64,000 nt of DNA from the NCBI GenBank assembly GCA_964526345.1, contig CAZGKI010000004.1, forward strand, positions 8,694 to 72,693. Direction: 5' to 3'. The DNA is from an uncultured Rikenellaceae bacterium (GTDB taxonomy: Bacteria; Bacteroidota; Bacteroidia; Bacteroidales; VadinHA17). Both the position numbers and the translations under genes were made by a program. Positions within the stretch are counted from its first letter, which is position 1, and every line of letters begins with the position of its first letter. Of this stretch, positions 9,631-21,039 are shown in pieces. The notes under the pieces are model-generated. The model saw only the letters and a list, made by a program, of their open reading frames with translations, searched no databases and was not told the origin of the DNA.

Positions 9631-10563
9631 TTACTTTTTGAGCAGTTCAAGGACTTTTTCCACCTTCTCGCTCAATGGCAGCTCTGCACTGATCCAGCTA
9701 ATTTTTATACCTTTTTTCTCCATGCCCCTGAACCAGGTCATCTGCCGTTTCGCAAACTGGTGTATGGCAACCTCAAGGCTCTTTATCATGGAGTTATAAT
9801 CAATTTTATCAGCCAGGTAAAGTGTTATATACTTATATTCAAGACCATAATAGATCATAGTCTCCCTGCTGACGCCACTATCAAGTAACCATTTCACCTC
9901 ATCAATCATTCCTTCTCGCAGCCTTTTCTGAAGCCTTTCAGTGATCCTTTGGCGTCTATTGTCCCTGTCAACATGAACGCCGACAATGAGAGATTTCAAA
10001 GCCGGAAACTGTGTCTGTTCAAGTTTCCCGGACCTGTTAGAGTGCTCAATTTCAATTGCCCTGATAATACGCTTCCTGGTATCAATATCCGTCTGGTTAT
10101 GCAGTTTTTTAAAGGCAGAGAGTATCTCTATCAGTTCCTGCATGGATTTCTTTTCAAGTTGAGCCCTTAACCCGCTGTCAGGTGGCACTTCAACCATTTT
10201 ATACCCTGTTATGATACTATCAATATACATCCCGGAGCCACCGCAGACAACCGGAAACACATTTCTTGATTTCAGGTCATCATAAACAGTCCTGAAATCT
10301 CGCTGAAATTCAAAGACATTGTATTTATAACCAGGTTCAGCAATATCTATCAGATGATATGGTACGGAAATGCCATTTACTATATAATCAGAATAGTCTT
10401 TTCCGGTACCCAGGTTCATTTTGCGGTAAACCTGCCGCGAATCAGCGCTTATAACTTCACCTTTAAGCACTGAGGCCAATGTAGCAGCCAGCAAAGTCTT
10501 GCCGGAGGCTGTCGGACCAGTAATAAAAAGGAGGTCGTATCTTGTTTTGGATTTTGCCAACAC
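9631..10563 (-). CDS. miaA: tRNA dimethylallyltransferase MiaA
   Basis: P-loop 'ITGPTASGKT'; 'ISADSRQVYRKMNLGTGK'; 'VVCGGSGMY'; 'QFAKRQMTWFR'. Confidence 0.9.
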   Translation of the reverse strand: MLAKSKTRYDLLFITGPTASGKTLLAATLASVLKGEVISADSRQVYRKMNLGTGKDYSDYIVNGISVPYHLIDIAEPGYKYNVFEFQRDFRTVYDDLKSRNVFPVVCGGSGMYIDSIITGYKMVEVPPDSGLRAQLEKKSMQELIEILSAFKKLHNQTDIDTRKRIIRAIEIEHSNRSGKLEQTQFPALKSLIVGVHVDRDNRRQRITERLQKRLREGMIDEVKWLLDSGVSRETMIYYGLEYKYITLYLADKIDYNSMIKSLEVAIHQFAKRQMTWFRGMEKKGIKISWISAELPLSEKVEKVLELLKK

Positions 10564-10649
10564 TATAGTAACTGATTCATGGTAATAAGCAAGTTACCAT
10601 AAAATTAATTAATTTTGCCTTCCCTGACCCTGATTTTTACAGCATACGC

Positions 10650-11108
10650 ATGAAAAACTATTCCGACGATATCGTAATAAAAAATAAGAAGGCCTCGCAC
10701 GATTATGAGTTCATCGAAAAATATATTGCCGGTATAAAGCTTACCGGTACAGAGATAAAATCGATACGCCTGGGAAAAGCTGCTCTCACTGATTCGTTCT
10801 GCCTCTTCAGGGACAGGGAACTCTATATAAAAGGAATGCATATTTCTGAGTATTGGTGGGGTAATCTCAATAATCATGATCCCTTGCGTGAAAGGAAGCT
10901 CCTTTTAACCAGACGCGAGCTGAAAAAGATAGAAAGAAAAGTAAGAGAAGCCGGACTGACAATTATTGTGTTGAAAGTATTTATTAACGACCGCGGATTA
11001 GCCAAAGCAGAGATTGCTGTATCAAGAGGCAAAAGGGAATATGACAAACGCGAGACCCTGAAACGTAAAGACACCGAAAGAGAGATGGATCGCCTCAGAA
11101 AAAAATAG
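10650..11108 (+). CDS. smpB: SsrA-binding protein SmpB
   Basis: 152 aa; 'KNKKASHDYEF...GTEIKSIR...'; basic C-terminal tail. Confidence 0.9.
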   Translation: MKNYSDDIVIKNKKASHDYEFIEKYIAGIKLTGTEIKSIRLGKAALTDSFCLFRDRELYIKGMHISEYWWGNLNNHDPLRERKLLLTRRELKKIERKVREAGLTIIVLKVFINDRGLAKAEIAVSRGKREYDKRETLKRKDTEREMDRLRKK

Positions 11109-11113
11109 TATTA

Positions 11114-11833
11114 TCAGAAATTGGGACTCAGGAGGTACCTTGAGTAGAACTTAACAATATAATCCACAGCCTCATCTGACGTATCAACCAGAGTAAACAG
11201 ATCCAGATCCTGAGCAGAGATATTCTGTTCTTCTGCCAGCATCTCTTCCCTGATCCAGTCGATTAATCCCCTCCAGTATTTGATCCCAACAAGGATTATT
11301 GGAAATTTTCCAATTTTCCTGGTCTGAATCAGTGTTATAGCTTCAAAAAGTTCATCAAATGTCCCGAAACCACCTGGAAGTACAATAAATCCCTGGGCAT
11401 ATTTCATAAACATGAGCTTTCTGACGAAGAAATGGTCGAATGTGATCAGTTTATCCGCATCAATGTATGGGTTAGGTCTTTGCTCGAACGGAAGATCAAT
11501 ATTAATTCCTACTGATTTCCCTTTGCCTCTTACAGCTCCTTTATTTGCTGCCTCCATTATACCAGGGCCACCACCGGTAATAACACCATAACCCTTTTGA
11601 GTCAGCTTATAGGCAATATCCTCAGCCAGTCTGTAATATTTATCATTATGATGTGTCCTGGCGGACCCGAATATCGAGACACACGGACCAATACGCGATA
11701 GTTTTTCGAATCCCTCAACAAGTTCTGAAATGATCTTAAAGACTCTCCAGGAATCAGTAGTATGTATTTCGTGCCAGGTTTTTTGTTCAAAGGCATCTTT
11801 AATAAGGTCAGCAGGTTTGTCCAGTTTGCCCAT
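11114..11833 (-). CDS. LOG/TIGR00730-family Rossmann-fold protein (nucleotide 5'-monophosphate phosphoribohydrolase-like)
   Basis: 'GVITGGGPGIMEAANKGA' and 'PGGFGTFDELFEAITLIQT' (the PGGxGTxxE LOG signature). Confidence 0.85.
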   Translation of the reverse strand: MGKLDKPADLIKDAFEQKTWHEIHTTDSWRVFKIISELVEGFEKLSRIGPCVSIFGSARTHHNDKYYRLAEDIAYKLTQKGYGVITGGGPGIMEAANKGAVRGKGKSVGINIDLPFEQRPNPYIDADKLITFDHFFVRKLMFMKYAQGFIVLPGGFGTFDELFEAITLIQTRKIGKFPIILVGIKYWRGLIDWIREEMLAEEQNISAQDLDLFTLVDTSDEAVDYIVKFYSRYLLSPNF

Positions 11834-11870
11834 CAGAATAATTTTTTGGATTTCAAATATAATGATTTTC

Positions 11871-14690
11871 TTAAGCCTTTAATTCTGATTTTAGGAATAT
11901 TCCGGTATAACTCTCCTTGCACTTAACTATTTTTTCAGGAGTTCCGGAAAACACAATTTCGCCTCCGTCCTTTCCCCCCTCTTTCCCAAGGTCAATTATA
12001 TAATCAGCTATTTTAATCACTTCCATGTTATGCTCAATGACGACAACCGTGTTTCCTCTGTCTACCAGCTTGCTCAGCACATCGAGCAACACCCTGACAT
12101 CTTCAAAGTGGAGACCTGTAGTAGGTTCATCAAGTATATACAATGTTTTTCCCGTATCACGACGAGCAAGCTCAGTTGCAAGTTTAACACGTTGTGCTTC
12201 TCCCCCCGAGAGAGTTGTCGATTGCTGGCCCAGCTTTATATAACCCAATCCGACATCTTTCAGTGTTTTAATCTTGTGGTAAATAGATGGTACATTTTCA
12301 AAAAATTCAACTGATTGATCCACAGTCATTTCCAGAACGTCACTGATAGACATTCCCTTATATTTAACTTCAAGGGTTTCTCGATTATATCTTTTTCCGT
12401 TGCACTCTGTACAATGAACATAAACGTCGGGAAGAAAATTCATTTCGATAGTCTTCATTCCTGCGCCTTCACAACCTTCACACCTTCCACCCTTGACATT
12501 AAATGAAAACCTGCCTGCCGAGAATCCCCGTATTTTTGCTTCTGTGGTCTGCTCAAAAAGCTTTCGAATATCAGTAAATACGCCTGTATATGTTGCAGGA
12601 TTCGAGCGTGGAGTCTTGCCGATAGGAGACTGGCTAACTTCAATAACTTTATCGAGGTGCTCTATCCCGCTAATATCTTTGTATGGCAGCGGAGTCTTCC
12701 CGGAATTATGAAATTGCCGTGCCAGCGCAGGATGAATTGTCTGGTTTATGAGCGAAGATTTACCGCTGCCCGATACACCTGTAATACAAATAAACGTACC
12801 CAGAGGAAGCACAGCATCAACATTTTTGAGGTTATGACCAGAGGCTCCGGTAAGTATCAGGAATTTGCCATTTCCCTTCCTTCGCCTTTCCGGAACGCTG
12901 ATCTCCTTTTTGCTGTTTAGATATGCCGATGTCAGAGTATCATATTTTTTGATCTCGTCAGGTCGTCCTTGAGCCACCACAATTCCTCCAAGTCTGCCGG
13001 CTCCGGGGCCCATATCGATGATATGGTCAGCCGATACCATCATTTCCCGGTCATGCTCAACCACTATTACCGAATTTCCCGAATCTCTTAATTGTTTCAG
13101 AGCCCCGATCAGACGCCTGTTATCTCTCTGATGAAGACCTATACTGGGCTCATCGAGTATGTAAAGAACATTTACCAGTTTTGAACCTATCTGTGTAGCA
13201 AGCCTTATTCTCTGACTCTCTCCTCCCGACAGCGTTCTGGCACCCCGGTTCAACGAAAGATAATCGAGTCCCACCTCAAGAAGGAACCCAAGTCTGGATC
13301 TTATTTCTTTCAGTATTTCAGAAGCTATCTGCCTCTGCTTAGGGGTCATTTTATCTTCAACATTTTCAAGAAAATGTGATAACTCATTGATATCCAGTGA
13401 AGAAAGCTCACCAATATTCCTGTCTGCGATCCTGAAGTAAAGCGATTCCTTTTTTAACCTTGTTCCATTGCACTCAGGGCATACATTATACTGAACATAC
13501 TGGTCCTTATTCCTGACACCATTCTTTTTCCCGTTGATGGTTTCAATGTTACCCACGAAATTTACCACTCCTTCAAATGTAAGAAAGTAGTTAGAGGTCA
13601 TTCCAAGAGGTGTATTGGACAACTTAAGAACCTCGTCGGAACCGTAAAGAACCTTTTTGAGAGCCTCTTCAGAAATATCCCTTATGGGAGTATCAAGGGT
13701 AAACCCGTTCTTTTCGGCAATTGCTTCTATCTGCCAGAATATCCATACATTCCTGTATTTCCCCAGGGGCTCAATGCCCCCTTTTCTTATACTGAGGTCT
13801 CTGTCGGGTATAAGTTTCCGTTCATCAATGGTTGATATTTCACCCAGTCCGTTGCAATGAGGACATGCACCCTGTGGTGAATTAAAAGAGAAAGTATGCG
13901 GAGCCGGTTCATTATATGATAATCCTGTAACAGGACACATAAGATGACGGCTGAAGTACCTGGGTTCATTATTCTCAGAATCCAGCACCATCATTACTCC
14001 GTCACCCTGGTCGAGTGCCAGCTGTACTGATTCGGTCAGTCTTTTGTCGGTGATATCCCCGACTCTGAATTTATCAATTATTAGCTCAATGTAATGAGTC
14101 TTATATCTGTCAAGCTTCATGCCTGGAACCAGTTCCCTTATCTCATTGTTAACCCTTACACTCAGAAATCCTTTTCTCCTGAGTTGTTCAAACAACTCTT
14201 TATAATGCCCTTTTCTGCCTTTAATGACCGGCGCGAGAAAATAGACTTTCCTGCCTGAAAAACGGTTCTTAACCAGGTCAATTATCTGATCGTCGGTATA
14301 CCTGACCATTTTTTCGCCTGACGCATATGAATAAGCATCGGCAGCCCTGGCATACAATAACCTCAGAAAATCATAAATCTCTGTTATTGTTCCGACAGTT
14401 GATCTTGGATTTTTATTGGTTGTTTTCTGTTCTATGGAAATCACTGGGCTTAACCCGGTAATCTTATCAACATCAGGACGTTCCATCCCACCAAGGAACT
14501 GCCTGGCGTACGCCGAGAGAGTCTCCAGATAACGCCTCTGACCCTCTGCATAAATCGTATCAAAAGCCAGTGAAGATTTTCCGCTACCGCTAAGGCCTGT
14601 GATAACCACAAACTTATTGCGTGGAATACTGACATCAATATTTTTCAGATTATGAACGCGTGCTCCAAGCACTTTTATTTCTTCACTCAT
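11871..14690 (-). CDS. uvrA: excinuclease ABC subunit UvrA
   Basis: Two ABC modules ('[14 protein letters not shown]', '[10 protein letters not shown]', two 'LSGGE.QR' signatures). Zn-finger cysteines ('CPHCNG', 'CPECNGTRL', 'CEGCEGAG...CTECNG'). Start set to '[17 protein letters not shown]' (ATG at 14690). Confidence 0.95.
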   Translation of the reverse strand: MSEEIKVLGARVHNLKNIDVSIPRNKFVVITGLSGSGKSSLAFDTIYAEGQRRYLETLSAYARQFLGGMERPDVDKITGLSPVISIEQKTTNKNPRSTVGTITEIYDFLRLLYARAADAYSYASGEKMVRYTDDQIIDLVKNRFSGRKVYFLAPVIKGRKGHYKELFEQLRRKGFLSVRVNNEIRELVPGMKLDRYKTHYIELIIDKFRVGDITDKRLTESVQLALDQGDGVMMVLDSENNEPRYFSRHLMCPVTGLSYNEPAPHTFSFNSPQGACPHCNGLGEISTIDERKLIPDRDLSIRKGGIEPLGKYRNVWIFWQIEAIAEKNGFTLDTPIRDISEEALKKVLYGSDEVLKLSNTPLGMTSNYFLTFEGVVNFVGNIETINGKKNGVRNKDQYVQYNVCPECNGTRLKKESLYFRIADRNIGELSSLDINELSHFLENVEDKMTPKQRQIASEILKEIRSRLGFLLEVGLDYLSLNRGARTLSGGESQRIRLATQIGSKLVNVLYILDEPSIGLHQRDNRRLIGALKQLRDSGNSVIVVEHDREMMVSADHIIDMGPGAGRLGGIVVAQGRPDEIKKYDTLTSAYLNSKKEISVPERRRKGNGKFLILTGASGHNLKNVDAVLPLGTFICITGVSGSGKSSLINQTIHPALARQFHNSGKTPLPYKDISGIEHLDKVIEVSQSPIGKTPRSNPATYTGVFTDIRKLFEQTTEAKIRGFSAGRFSFNVKGGRCEGCEGAGMKTIEMNFLPDVYVHCTECNGKRYNRETLEVKYKGMSISDVLEMTVDQSVEFFENVPSIYHKIKTLKDVGLGYIKLGQQSTTLSGGEAQRVKLATELARRDTGKTLYILDEPTTGLHFEDVRVLLDVLSKLVDRGNTVVVIEHNMEVIKIADYIIDLGKEGGKDGGEIVFSGTPEKIVKCKESYTGIFLKSELKA

Positions 14691-14714
14691 CTTTACACTG
14701 CGCCACAAAAATGA

Positions 14715-15674
14715 TCATAAGTCGTCCTCAGAAACTGATGCATTCCTCATTCCTTCAGCCGGGATCCTGATTTGATACACCTTATTGGGTTTCTGAGTCA
14801 GATAAGGCTTACGAAGCCAGGGATTAAGGAACTTAAGTAATTTATAATTGGTCCCGAACTGCTCTGCAAATTTTGAAAAACTTGAAACTGCCGTATCAAC
14901 TGATACCACGTAAAATTTAAGTTCCGGATAAAGTTCTTCTTTGCCGATTGTAAATCCATAACTTTCCGGATCAGAAATAATAAGCTTATAAGCGACAACC
15001 CTGAAGATATATCTGGCGGTCTCTTCAGAAAGCAAGAGATCATAATAATTATTCTGATGCTGAATGTCAATCTGTTCATCTATGCCAGCTCTGCCACCAT
15101 CATAGGAGGCTGCAGCCAGTGTCCAGTTACCGTATTTTGCATACGATTTTTTAAAATATTCGCATGCAAATTGGGTTGATTTTTCAACGTCATATCTCTC
15201 GTCAACAACAGAATTGATCTCCATGCCCTGTTCCTTTCCTGTTCCCGGCATTATCTGCCAGAATCCTGTAGCTCCTGCCGGAGAGACCACATTGCTGTAT
15301 TCACTCTCTGCGGCTACCAGGTATTTGAAATCATCAGGTATATCATTTTCCCTCAAAATCTTCTCTATGGAAGGAATATACCGATGCGATCTTTTTATTA
15401 TTAAAATTGTCGATGAGTGTCTATAGGCACTTGTTATTATCTCTCTCTCAAGACTTTCCTTGGTGTCGAAATTCTCAAGTGGCATCCTCTCACCTGCAAA
15501 AGTTACATTATCAGGAAGCTTAAATGGTTTATTGAGAAGAATGGTATCCGGGATATCAATGTTTGAAGGAGTACCGTTGCTTCCGTTAAAACCTTGAACT
15601 ACTGAAAAAAAAATAAAAGCAGCGGACACCAGAACAATTGCTGTTAGTATAGTTTTCCTGTTTTGAACCGTCAT
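14715..15674 (-). CDS. lytic murein transglycosylase (SLT domain, MltD-like)
   Basis: N-terminal TM/signal; SLT catalytic motif 'AAESEYSNVVSPAGATGFWQIMPGT'. Confidence 0.8.
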   Translation of the reverse strand: MTVQNRKTILTAIVLVSAAFIFFSVVQGFNGSNGTPSNIDIPDTILLNKPFKLPDNVTFAGERMPLENFDTKESLEREIITSAYRHSSTILIIKRSHRYIPSIEKILRENDIPDDFKYLVAAESEYSNVVSPAGATGFWQIMPGTGKEQGMEINSVVDERYDVEKSTQFACEYFKKSYAKYGNWTLAAASYDGGRAGIDEQIDIQHQNNYYDLLLSEETARYIFRVVAYKLIISDPESYGFTIGKEELYPELKFYVVSVDTAVSSFSKFAEQFGTNYKLLKFLNPWLRKPYLTQKPNKVYQIRIPAEGMRNASVSEDDL

Positions 15675-15786
15675 AATAATCAGGGCTGTTAAAAATAAAT
15701 TGCAAAGGTAATATTTTTAAGCCTGAAAAATAATTTCAGCAACGTCAAAATAATAAAATCAAATAAGAAGGTTAGCAGAGGAATTA

Positions 15787-17103
15787 TCAGAATTTATAGG
15801 AGATCCCGGAGAAGAGTCCAAAGGAATAGGGATGTACTCTCATCCCGGGTATTTCGTTAAATGAATTTAGATAATATCTGAATGTCGGCTCAAGGTTAAG
15901 CGACAGGTTATTGGTTAAGCTGTATTCCATCCCCATGCCAAGTGAACTGCTGAAAGTAATCATATTAAGTCCTTCAGTTTTTCCAACCGGATATTTTGTG
16001 CCGTCAAGATTGGCATATACTGAATTGGTTACCAGAATATTGGATGACAGACCTCCGATAATGTTGAAATCTATTGCTCTGTCTACCACCTTGTATTTCA
16101 GAACAAATGGCAGTTCAAGATAGCTGAAATTCTGTCGGAGTGAATTATCGAGGTACTGAAGATTAGCCTTGGCAGGATCGAACATATCATTGGAGATCCT
16201 TGAAACAACTCTCTGACTTGAAAGATTATCGAGGAGAAATACATCGGCATTACTGGTATAAACAGTACCGTTCATTGTGAGTACTTCGAAGTTATGGTCT
16301 CCCTTGGTGTTATCATATTGCTGGAATCCTCCGAATGAAGATATGCCTGAGAGTTCATTTCCAAAGGAAGAATAATAAAGTCCAGACTGCACACTGAGTC
16401 TCCTGTTGATTTTATAGGATAAGGCCAATCCACCGGCATAAGAAATAAGCGTTTGTTCTTCAGACATAAGCTGTGTCGTGGCTTCATTACTACCTGAATT
16501 GAAGCTGGTATAGTATGTCGGAGAGACCAGGGCTGCTATTGTCCACCTTCTGGTTCCATTCATCGCAGTCTCTTCGCTGAAGTATTCGGGCACGTATTTG
16601 TCGATTGCAACTGATTTATTGTTATTGACGGCCAAAAGTTTATCGCTGGTTCCGCTGTAGCTGTATTTTACTGGGATACGGTCTGCAACATCAGGATGAT
16701 CAACCTCCTGCTGCAAGGTATTAATAGTATCAGGGACCACTGATTCCTGAGTTTGCGGTACAATTACTGAAGCATCGGATAACATAATATTGTCGGCCCT
16801 GACAGGTTTTTCAGTGATTGTGAAAATGCCGGGCCTGTCAAGAACCGGACTCTCAGACTCCGGATTCATGGTAATAGCATTTCCTTCAAGACCAGAGGTA
16901 AACTGAATGCTCCACCTGTAAGCCAGGAACGTTAAGGACAATAAAACTGCTACCATGGCTGCACTCCTAAGAATAAGGATCGGCTGCTGGCTATTTTTGG
17001 CTTTGGGGGCTATATTCTTCCATACCTCCGGAGGAGGAAGCACCTCATAATCTTTCAGGCCGTTCCTGAATAAAACATCAATATTTGCTTCTCTGTCATC
17101 CAT
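15787..17103 (-). CDS. sigma-coupled membrane protein: ~45-aa N-terminal segment, one TM, linker, C-terminal OMP-like beta-barrel domain (putative anti-sigma/partner)
   Basis: 8-nt overlap with the upstream ECF sigma gene. TM 'ILILRSAAMVAVLLSLTFLAY'. C-terminal ~250 aa have alternating beta-strand patterns and end in '...GISYKF' (aromatic terminus typical of OM barrels). No zf-HC2 anti-sigma motif. Confidence 0.55.
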   Translation of the reverse strand: MDDREANIDVLFRNGLKDYEVLPPPEVWKNIAPKAKNSQQPILILRSAAMVAVLLSLTFLAYRWSIQFTSGLEGNAITMNPESESPVLDRPGIFTITEKPVRADNIMLSDASVIVPQTQESVVPDTINTLQQEVDHPDVADRIPVKYSYSGTSDKLLAVNNNKSVAIDKYVPEYFSEETAMNGTRRWTIAALVSPTYYTSFNSGSNEATTQLMSEEQTLISYAGGLALSYKINRRLSVQSGLYYSSFGNELSGISSFGGFQQYDNTKGDHNFEVLTMNGTVYTSNADVFLLDNLSSQRVVSRISNDMFDPAKANLQYLDNSLRQNFSYLELPFVLKYKVVDRAIDFNIIGGLSSNILVTNSVYANLDGTKYPVGKTEGLNMITFSSSLGMGMEYSLTNNLSLNLEPTFRYYLNSFNEIPGMRVHPYSFGLFSGISYKF

Positions 17104-17653
17104 TTATCTTTTTCTTTAGCCCTGTATATGAACCCACCCTGCGCTGGAGTATTACCCTGGCGCGGGAAAGATTCGATTTGGATGTTCCTTCCGAGATCTT
17201 CACCATCTGGCTGATCTCTTTATGTGAATAACCCTCTATTGCGTAAAGGTTAAATACCATCCTGTATTTTGGTGGCAGTTCCCTGATAATTTCCAGCAAG
17301 TCAATAGCCTCAAGACCTGCATAATCTGTATTATCAGGTTCTGCGTCAGGTTCAGGAATCATGTCAATGTCATCAACCCTGTAAAGGTTATGTTTGTTCC
17401 GGTACTTTTCCAGGGCAGTATTGACAATGATCTTTCTGATCCAGCCTTCAAAAGAACCCTCATGCTTGTAATGGATAAGGTTTTCAAAGATCTTGATAAA
17501 CCCCTCTTGCAATATATCCCTGGCCTCCTCATCGTTGCCCGAATACTGCATACAGACGGCATATAGTTTTGGCGCATGCCGCCTGTACAGAAGTTCCTGA
17601 TCTCTTCTGTTACCTTTAAGACAACCGTTTATAATATTTTTTATCTCCGACAA
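17096..17653 (-). CDS. ECF-type RNA polymerase sigma-70 factor
   Basis: 185 aa. Region 2 'ARDILQEGFIKIFENL...WIRKIIVNTALEKYR'. Region 4 HTH 'GYSHKEISQMVKISEGTSKSNLSRAR'. Confidence 0.9.
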   Translation of the reverse strand: MSEIKNIINGCLKGNRRDQELLYRRHAPKLYAVCMQYSGNDEEARDILQEGFIKIFENLIHYKHEGSFEGWIRKIIVNTALEKYRNKHNLYRVDDIDMIPEPDAEPDNTDYAGLEAIDLLEIIRELPPKYRMVFNLYAIEGYSHKEISQMVKISEGTSKSNLSRARVILQRRVGSYTGLKKKING

Positions 17654-17778
17654 GGCTTTTTACCTCTAAAGAGTATAAAAATACAAATTATTTGTCTTAA
17701 ATACCAGCATTTCTTTAAAGAATGATGATAATTTTAAGATAAAGGTTGCGTGATAAATGATACTTATCCAGGTTTAAC

Positions 17779-20700
17779 TTATTCGGTACTTCGCAGTTCA
17801 AATGGTTTATCATTTTTAAAATCATCATAAAGCGGCTGAAGCGGCATGATATCATCATTACCGTTATTTGCAACTGTGATGGCAAAGATCTTGATTTTGT
17901 TATTTTTTGGAAGTGTGATGAATGTTGCATTCGTCGGAATAGCAAACTCATACTTATAGAGATAGCTGTACCTGTAAGTGTCATTTGCCCCCGGAGTATG
18001 CCGGTGGGATGCAAACCATGCAATGTTATCTTTTTTTGTAAATGCCTTCGAAATTGAAACCACTTTAAGATTGTCAGAAGAGAGTTCCCTGTTATAGTGC
18101 TGCCCAATATAACCTGTCCAGCTCTGAATACCAAGGTTAAATGCTTCCCTGCCAACCTTGAGGGTTCCCTGCGTGTCTTCCGTGGCAGCAGCCAGTATGT
18201 ACAACCTGTTATATTTTCCTGAAGGCAGCTTTATTTTCTGACCTTCAGATGAAACGACATTATTTTGTCCGTCAGCTTTACTGCCCATCCTGAAATGAAT
18301 GTCCTCACTCACTATTTCGTCAGGTATTAATTCTGCTGGCAAAGTTAGCCCCTCATACATATTGCCATCGGAACGGTTGGAGTCAAAGCTCACAGCATCC
18401 CGGTTATAAGGGAGGTCCACTGCATCCTGCAGTGGTTTTGCAAGCACCGTAGAAGTGTCTTCAAATTTTACAGCAAAGCTCCTGATAAGAAACCTTGTCA
18501 TGTCAAAATTGAGGACACCCCCGGAAAAGTCAGCGGCGCCGATCTTCTTCTCCTGACCATTTACTTCATATGCGTCAACGATCCTTCCCGGGAAGGTGAT
18601 TGTCACTCCTTTTGAATCCTTTCCGTAAAGTTCATTTACCCTTACGATATAATAATTGTTCTCTTCAGCTTTTTTGAGAGCCATTACATCCACCTGGCTT
18701 GTATTGATCTTCAAAAAGGAGAACTCTTTTCCAAGAAGCCCTTCATGTTTTGTAGTCTCAAATGCTATGGGTGGATTATTTAAAAAGTTCCCATACCATG
18801 GAGATTTTGCATATACCCAGTCTCCTGAATGCGGATATATGCCATATTTTACATTATGTATTCCCCAGTCTTGTGTTCCCTGGTACACAAAAGACAATGC
18901 TCTGGGAGTATACATAAGTGTCAGTCTTACCGTACTGTTATCCGGTTTATCTGAACCGTATTTACAATCCTCGAGAATGGATACTCCATAGCTGTTCGAC
19001 CTGTCTGTCAGATCAAACCATTGTCTTCCCGGCACTTCAAATTTTAAATCATTATTTGTGGTTCTCTTTACTGCTGCGGTGTTCAGGCTGTAGGTGGCAA
19101 ACTCGTTCGATACTGTTGTCGGGAAGGCAGCTTTCAGACTGACTTCTTTTGATTGCCAGTCAATTTGGTTCTTTACCTCGATTACCTTTCCCGGTTCACC
19201 TTCAGAAAGACTTATTATCTGACTGATCTCTGAGTTCTGGCCTCTTCTGGTCACCTTCAATGCAACCCTGACGGGCCCCTTTTCTAATATCTCGATTTTA
19301 GTATCCTTGTTCAAATAATCAAAAGGAGGGTTCTTCCTGTCGTTCCAGTCCATATTCCATGAAGGCCACTGTGATGGTCTTTCCCTCTGAAAATCAAGAG
19401 TTGCAGGTTTAGAGAGCACTTCCCTTGAGGCTTTTTTATCGTAAATATTGGCAATATCACCTTCTGCATTTAAGCTCACCCTGTAATAGCTGTTTTCAAG
19501 CGTCTGACCGGTAACTGATAATGATGAAACTGCAGCTTCCTCTGAAGTTTCGCGTATATCAAATACTGCAAGTCCTGCAGGAGGCAGTTTTGCAAGAAAT
19601 ATAATTGTCAGCATGTTCCCTTTTGAAGATATTATCTGAGAAGGGATCTCCTTTTCATTTTTGTTAAAAACCTTAATATTAACAGGCAATTTCTTATACG
19701 CAAGTTCAGCTGTAACAACATCTTCTCTTTCAATTGCAACAGGATTGTATACCAGAACAGATCTCCCACTTACCATGGTATTCATTTCCTGCGAAATTAC
19801 TCTGACTGAGTTCATCATAACTTCCGAGAAGCCGTTCATTGCAATGAACTCATCATTCCATGCATATTCATAAGCTTTGGGAATGCTTGTGCCGGGAAGG
19901 ATATCATGAAACTGGCTTCCAAGGACAAGCTCCCATGAATTGTTAAGTTTCTCAACCGGATAAGATGCTCCTCCCAGCCAACATGCTGCTGATGCAGACA
20001 TTTCCGCGCTTCTCGATAGCGCTTCATTCTTCCTGTTGGCTCTCTTCATGTACGATTCTGAGGTCATTGATCCTGCGCTGTGCTCAATAAGCAACAGATC
20101 TCCTGAATATGTTGGAAGCTTTGAGCGGATCTCAGAAGTTATATCCTTATAGATCTGATCCGATGAAGTAAGAACAACTTTAAACTTGCTGTCGCTGTTA
20201 TTAAGGCTTCCAATGGCATTTTTTACATCTTCATCTCTTGGAGCACCTCCTACATCTCCAACGCCATAATAACGATAGTCGAATGATATACCGTACCTGT
20301 TAATGTCATCCTGGAGCCTCATATTCCATGTGCTGTCCCTGTCCAGGCGCGGAACAATTCTACTCGTATAATCGGTCGCATTCAGGGCAGCAACTACACT
20401 TTTCCCATCCGGACCTTCCCACACCCCAACATTAAAAGGTACCCCGTTAGCAGATCTCCATGTCAGTTTCTGAGTTGAAAAACCAAGAAGGCCCGCATGA
20501 CTCCAGACTGAAGGCATTGTTGCAACAAAGCCGAAGCAGTCGGGAAGCATATAATCAACACTCTCTTTATTGAACTCCCTTTTAAAAAAGAGATTCCCAT
20601 ACAATACCTGTCGCAGTATTGATTCCGATGACGATATGTTGACCTCACCCTCATCAACAGACGAACCTGATACATACCACCTTCCGCTGGCAATATAATC

Positions 20701-21006
20701 CGCTACTTTCTTAAATGATTCAGGATAATATTCCTTCATCATTTTATAACGTCGGGAGCCGGTGAAATTAAATACATAGTCGGGATACTTCTCAAAGAGT
20801 TTGAAATTATCAGCCATAGTATTCCAGATGTACTGGTTTATCGTTGTAGTGTAATCCCAGTTCCATTCTGTATCAAGGTGTGCATAACCGATAGTATACA
20901 GTATTTTATCTTTTGAGATATCATAAATCTGACGTCTTCCAAGAGGTTGTGCTGACAGCAAACAGCTGCCTGCTGCTGCAAGGATAATTAAAAAGAGCTT
21001 TTTCAT
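17779..21006 (-). CDS. secreted GH38-family alpha-mannosidase
   Basis: Signal peptide; N-terminal 'GYAHLDTEWNWDY' and 'GSQFHDILPGTS' motifs typical of GH38; 1075 aa. Confidence 0.8.
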   Translation of the reverse strand: MKKLFLIILAAAGSCLLSAQPLGRRQIYDISKDKILYTIGYAHLDTEWNWDYTTTINQYIWNTMADNFKLFEKYPDYVFNFTGSRRYKMMKEYYPESFKKVADYIASGRWYVSGSSVDEGEVNISSSESILRQVLYGNLFFKREFNKESVDYMLPDCFGFVATMPSVWSHAGLLGFSTQKLTWRSANGVPFNVGVWEGPDGKSVVAALNATDYTSRIVPRLDRDSTWNMRLQDDINRYGISFDYRYYGVGDVGGAPRDEDVKNAIGSLNNSDSKFKVVLTSSDQIYKDITSEIRSKLPTYSGDLLLIEHSAGSMTSESYMKRANRKNEALSRSAEMSASAACWLGGASYPVEKLNNSWELVLGSQFHDILPGTSIPKAYEYAWNDEFIAMNGFSEVMMNSVRVISQEMNTMVSGRSVLVYNPVAIEREDVVTAELAYKKLPVNIKVFNKNEKEIPSQIISSKGNMLTIIFLAKLPPAGLAVFDIRETSEEAAVSSLSVTGQTLENSYYRVSLNAEGDIANIYDKKASREVLSKPATLDFQRERPSQWPSWNMDWNDRKNPPFDYLNKDTKIEILEKGPVRVALKVTRRGQNSEISQIISLSEGEPGKVIEVKNQIDWQSKEVSLKAAFPTTVSNEFATYSLNTAAVKRTTNNDLKFEVPGRQWFDLTDRSNSYGVSILEDCKYGSDKPDNSTVRLTLMYTPRALSFVYQGTQDWGIHNVKYGIYPHSGDWVYAKSPWYGNFLNNPPIAFETTKHEGLLGKEFSFLKINTSQVDVMALKKAEENNYYIVRVNELYGKDSKGVTITFPGRIVDAYEVNGQEKKIGAADFSGGVLNFDMTRFLIRSFAVKFEDTSTVLAKPLQDAVDLPYNRDAVSFDSNRSDGNMYEGLTLPAELIPDEIVSEDIHFRMGSKADGQNNVVSSEGQKIKLPSGKYNRLYILAAATEDTQGTLKVGREAFNLGIQSWTGYIGQHYNRELSSDNLKVVSISKAFTKKDNIAWFASHRHTPGANDTYRYSYLYKYEFAIPTNATFITLPKNNKIKIFAITVANNGNDDIMPLQPLYDDFKNDKPFELRSTE

Positions 21007-21039
21007 TTTATTAAGGTAAGATTAGTTCAGGACAGTTTT

